A DNA stretch of 60,691 nucleotides, filler included, from an uncultured Methanosarcinales archaeon (GTDB lineage Archaea; Nanobdellota; Nanobdellia; Woesearchaeales; CAYSVS01): assembly GCA_964589485.1 (NCBI GenBank). It is 5 parts of 3 records of this genome, joined end to end, with 100 filler letters (N's around TTAATTAATTAA, not from the genome) between each part and the next. Parts side by side here need not be neighbours in the genome. Positions count along the whole stretch, not along the records: positions 55,498 to 60,691 come from CAZPRK010000004.1; 4 more parts are not named here. One strand, given 5' to 3'. Below the pieces are notes generated by a model, which was given only the letters and a program-made list of their open reading frames with translations, was not told the origin of the DNA and did not search any database. The translations under genes and the position numbers were made by a program. Each line of letters begins with the position of its first letter. Position 1 is the first letter of the stretch. This document shows, piece by piece, positions 58,901 to 60,691 of the stretch.

Positions 58901-60528
58901 CCATTTACTCCGTATTGACCACAATTATTTCCTCCAGATCCGCCACAAAATGGATCATTAAAACAATTTGGATCACCGCAATCAATCATTCCATCATTAT
59001 CATTATCTGATCCATCAAAACAAATTTCTGCTGCATCTCCAGATCCTCCTTGAGCTTTACATAAACCTAAATTAGTGTCCCATTGGCAGTTAGGTCCAGT
59101 AGTTTGACAACTATTTTGTGTGTCACATGAACCACATGCTTGACTACAACTTTTTGCATTAGATCCTGCACACCATCCAAATGCTACATTTTCTGGGTCA
59201 GTAAACCATTTACAACTAGTATCATTGTTACATGAAGCTTGTGGGTTAGTATAAAATTTATAATCTTCACAACTAGTTTGAGCACCACATCCAGCTGATT
59301 TTAGTTCTTGTGGTTTTTCACAAATTCCAAAACCATTTGAAGCTAATGAATCTGTTCTATATTTACAATAACCTAGCTTTGAATTAGTACATCCAGTTTG
59401 AGCAGCTGCTTCTGACGCCCATGCACTTCCATCTTGTTGAAATTCACATGCCCAACATGCACTATCGCAACTTTCAGCTGCAAAACCAAACTTCATTTCA
59501 CACCATGAATCTTTTTTACTTGTTCCATCTGCTTTTTGCCATGTTTCAGTTTTCCATTGTCCACCTGCAGCTTCACAAGTTGACTTAGAATCAATATCTT
59601 CAAAATGTCCTACGCCGTCATCGAAAAAATTATCTCCATTAAATGCACATTGATCATCTGTAGTTGTTGAAGTTGATCTATTATCCCATTTACATGGCAT
59701 ATACCATGGACTACCAGCAATTTGTTCACATAAACTTTGATTTGCACTTGCTAAATAATCTTCACAAAAATTAGCTCCAGTTGGCGGAGCTTGTAAATTA
59801 TCCCAACAACTTGTTGAAAAAGTAGAATTACATGAAGTTCCTTGCCAAGCACAACAAGTTCCTAAAAATGAAACACTATTACAATGAGTTGATTGATTTA
59901 CTTGTCCACAAGTTAATCCTTCATTTTGACCTGTACAAGAATTTCCATTCCAAGTACACCCTGTTATATTTTGACAAAATGGTTTACTATTAAACATAAA
60001 ACATCCAGCACCTTCATCATTTCCACCAAAATTTCCTCCTGAAGGTGTACTACATGTAGAACCATTCCATTCACAAAAATTTGTAGCGAAACATTCGCCT
60101 GAAGTGTCAAAGTCTCCACATGCTTGAACTTTATCATAACATATATTATTTCCAGCATCCCAATTACATGGTTGACTTTTAGTATTATTTACACAAAAAC
60201 TAGCATTTGTTCCATCATATGCGTCACATCTTGTTTGTTTACAGAAATAGTTTATAGAATCATCAGTTGACCATGAACAAGCTATACCTGAATTTGAAGC
60301 GTTTGTACATGTTGCATTAGTGTTAAAATCCCAACATCCTTTAGGGTCACATATTCCTTCACCATGTTCGAGTTCCCATTCACATACTGAAGCTGCTGCT
60401 CCAGTTGTACACCCTGATTCATTCCCATCAAAATCAAAACAATCAAGAGCAAATGAAGAAGAAGCAAAGAATATTGTTAATATAAAAGAAAATAATATTA
60501 TTGAATTTAATTTACGCACAAATATCAA
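55945..60528 (-). CDS. Large cysteine-rich cell-surface protein (1527 aa)
   Basis: Signal peptide, many C-x-W repeats, DxDxDG-type motifs, FN3-like segment, poly-Ser linker, C-terminal TM plus KRK. Confidence 0.88.
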   Translation of the reverse strand: MIFVRKLNSIILFSFILTIFFASSSFALDCFDFDGNESGCTTGAAASVCEWELEHGEGICDPKGCWDFNTNATCTNASNSGIACSWSTDDSINYFCKQTRCDAYDGTNASFCVNNTKSQPCNWDAGNNICYDKVQACGDFDTSGECFATNFCEWNGSTCSTPSGGNFGGNDEGAGCFMFNSKPFCQNITGCTWNGNSCTGQNEGLTCGQVNQSTHCNSVSFLGTCCAWQGTSCNSTFSTSCWDNLQAPPTGANFCEDYLASANQSLCEQIAGSPWYMPCKWDNRSTSTTTDDQCAFNGDNFFDDGVGHFEDIDSKSTCEAAGGQWKTETWQKADGTSKKDSWCEMKFGFAAESCDSACWACEFQQDGSAWASEAAAQTGCTNSKLGYCKYRTDSLASNGFGICEKPQELKSAGCGAQTSCEDYKFYTNPQASCNNDTSCKWFTDPENVAFGWCAGSNAKSCSQACGSCDTQNSCQTTGPNCQWDTNLGLCKAQGGSGDAAEICFDGSDNDNDGMIDCGDPNCFNDPFCGGSGGNNCGQYGVNGTCLNDSNCVWMTDTFSNQSFCDIKGSNCWTFDESEANCNAAAGCNFTSSFHDGDAGKCDINETFYNACFSYNQTDCNANGNCSYIQFGDSGFCDAKPFSCMHSYFGNESGCTGDSNCAWISDFAFPGGGRCEAKCFNLNSTACAADSTCEERTGYCEPEGFIGGGCYQKDGNQTGCEALDKCTWTTDLFANNNKSVGNASGWCDDGFTATLFTGMESGAPTMIANDFNACGTGSADENLSGQSDICMLGIKDMSNSFGFGIMMSNISGTALCNGRPLMEGGVGAGNSTASVYLYLDADGNTTNNCQSDDLNQTGMEFKFEYESSWSGTTVTEVKLAYTCKNATWAASPIGVSTWPTKSCKEIGALILAVDKEALQSKTLFNKSSDMRLYVTSSNRTGNESNPVDNTLDGYYVQGSVDFKAEDCNGLVDLDGDGCLPAEDPDCELFNKYGFIPFEDCYNGVDDNNDGLSDCNDPVCKYDVFACGDEGANGLVCDPTDKTPPTLAFSKVQAMPDGAFVMVDSFEPSNTSVTFYHNDSTCSTLNKTVNDLKRKPWHDLPLDNFAGNNQNLGYALSGNTTYYYKYTLCDVCGNCLVSSCSSFKTPASYADCGKKCQTYLDDMDFVPIQSDPTDALGNLSIKYDLGADGDYDYEKISGQASSQETLNNTGKVNIKINNPTSTKNWSIECLNGTIPATVTFNSSKLNVNTTEGNGLVGMPTSEFKNKFISNFNCEKICITVPYNGTDLFHCTNTSSNSCTNVTSNATLKSSTANSSNWCVDSEVLGFSFYQSNNGALPSGSSSSSSSSSSSSSSSGSSGGGGISVATSLIRTVVVSDEQLSEGYKKAIKANSKFKFTIGNSDHSMKLNKITETTAEITVQSTPQNATLAIGETKKFEVNDDKYYDLSVKLEGIKNNEATFTIKSINELIVVESKAESTAKESEEVVAKNEETVEETSEEETITEKRSNSLTAGLVILLVVLLLVYFIKRK

Positions 60529-60691
60529 CCCCGTTTTTTTTTAATATGATTTTACTAATTATGTATTAATTCATTTAAATACTTTGTTATTTTTCTACGA
60601 ATATTTGTAAAGCTAGAAATAATTTAAACTTTTTATTCATAAATTTTATTAATTCAATATTTGCGTTTTCATTTTCAGGAAAATCTTTAAT

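Noticed and set aside
2965..60544. Numerous short antisense or alternate-frame ORFs in the track (e.g. 7014-7334, 10334-10747, 30389-30817, 42953-43279, 49433-49786, 56339-60544 set)
   Set aside because: They overlap well-supported genes and have shadow-ORF composition with no motifs
1..60691. CRISPR arrays, transposases, integrases, alternative genetic code
   Set aside because: No spaced repeats or mobile-element motifs seen; conserved genes end at TAA, TAG and TGA normally

Overview
AT-rich archaeal genomic sequence whose gene content and protein style fit a DPANN archaeon (Woesearchaeota/Pacearchaeota-like; lineage is inference). It consists of five contigs joined by four artificial 100-bp N/TTAATTAATTAA spacers, so adjacency across spacers means nothing. 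Content is mostly housekeeping: RNase Z, EndA, FEN1, Trm5, carA/carB interrupted by Nudix and MazG genes, PAN, an Fe-S carrier/ferredoxin/ThiI unit, the uL4-to-eL14 ribosomal superoperon with secY, PheRS, TrmB, pelota, RIO1/KH, DnaG, OapA/B, AhcY, DRG, prefoldin/Pcc1/Rpo12/eL43, aRF1, a histone, and several surface proteins including a 1527-aa Cys-rich one. No CRISPR array, rRNA or mobile element was seen. The most interesting signals are non-coding: (1) a densely structured 460-bp region between rio1 and dnaG; (2) a tRNA-Pro(UGG) with a 15-nt BHB intron in the T-loop (59/60); (3) a double kink-turn C/D-box-like sRNA whose D' guide would target the 23S A-loop U2552; (4) a structured RNA lying where cmk normally sits, in front of eL14. 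All assignments come from reading the sequence and motifs by eye; no searches were run.
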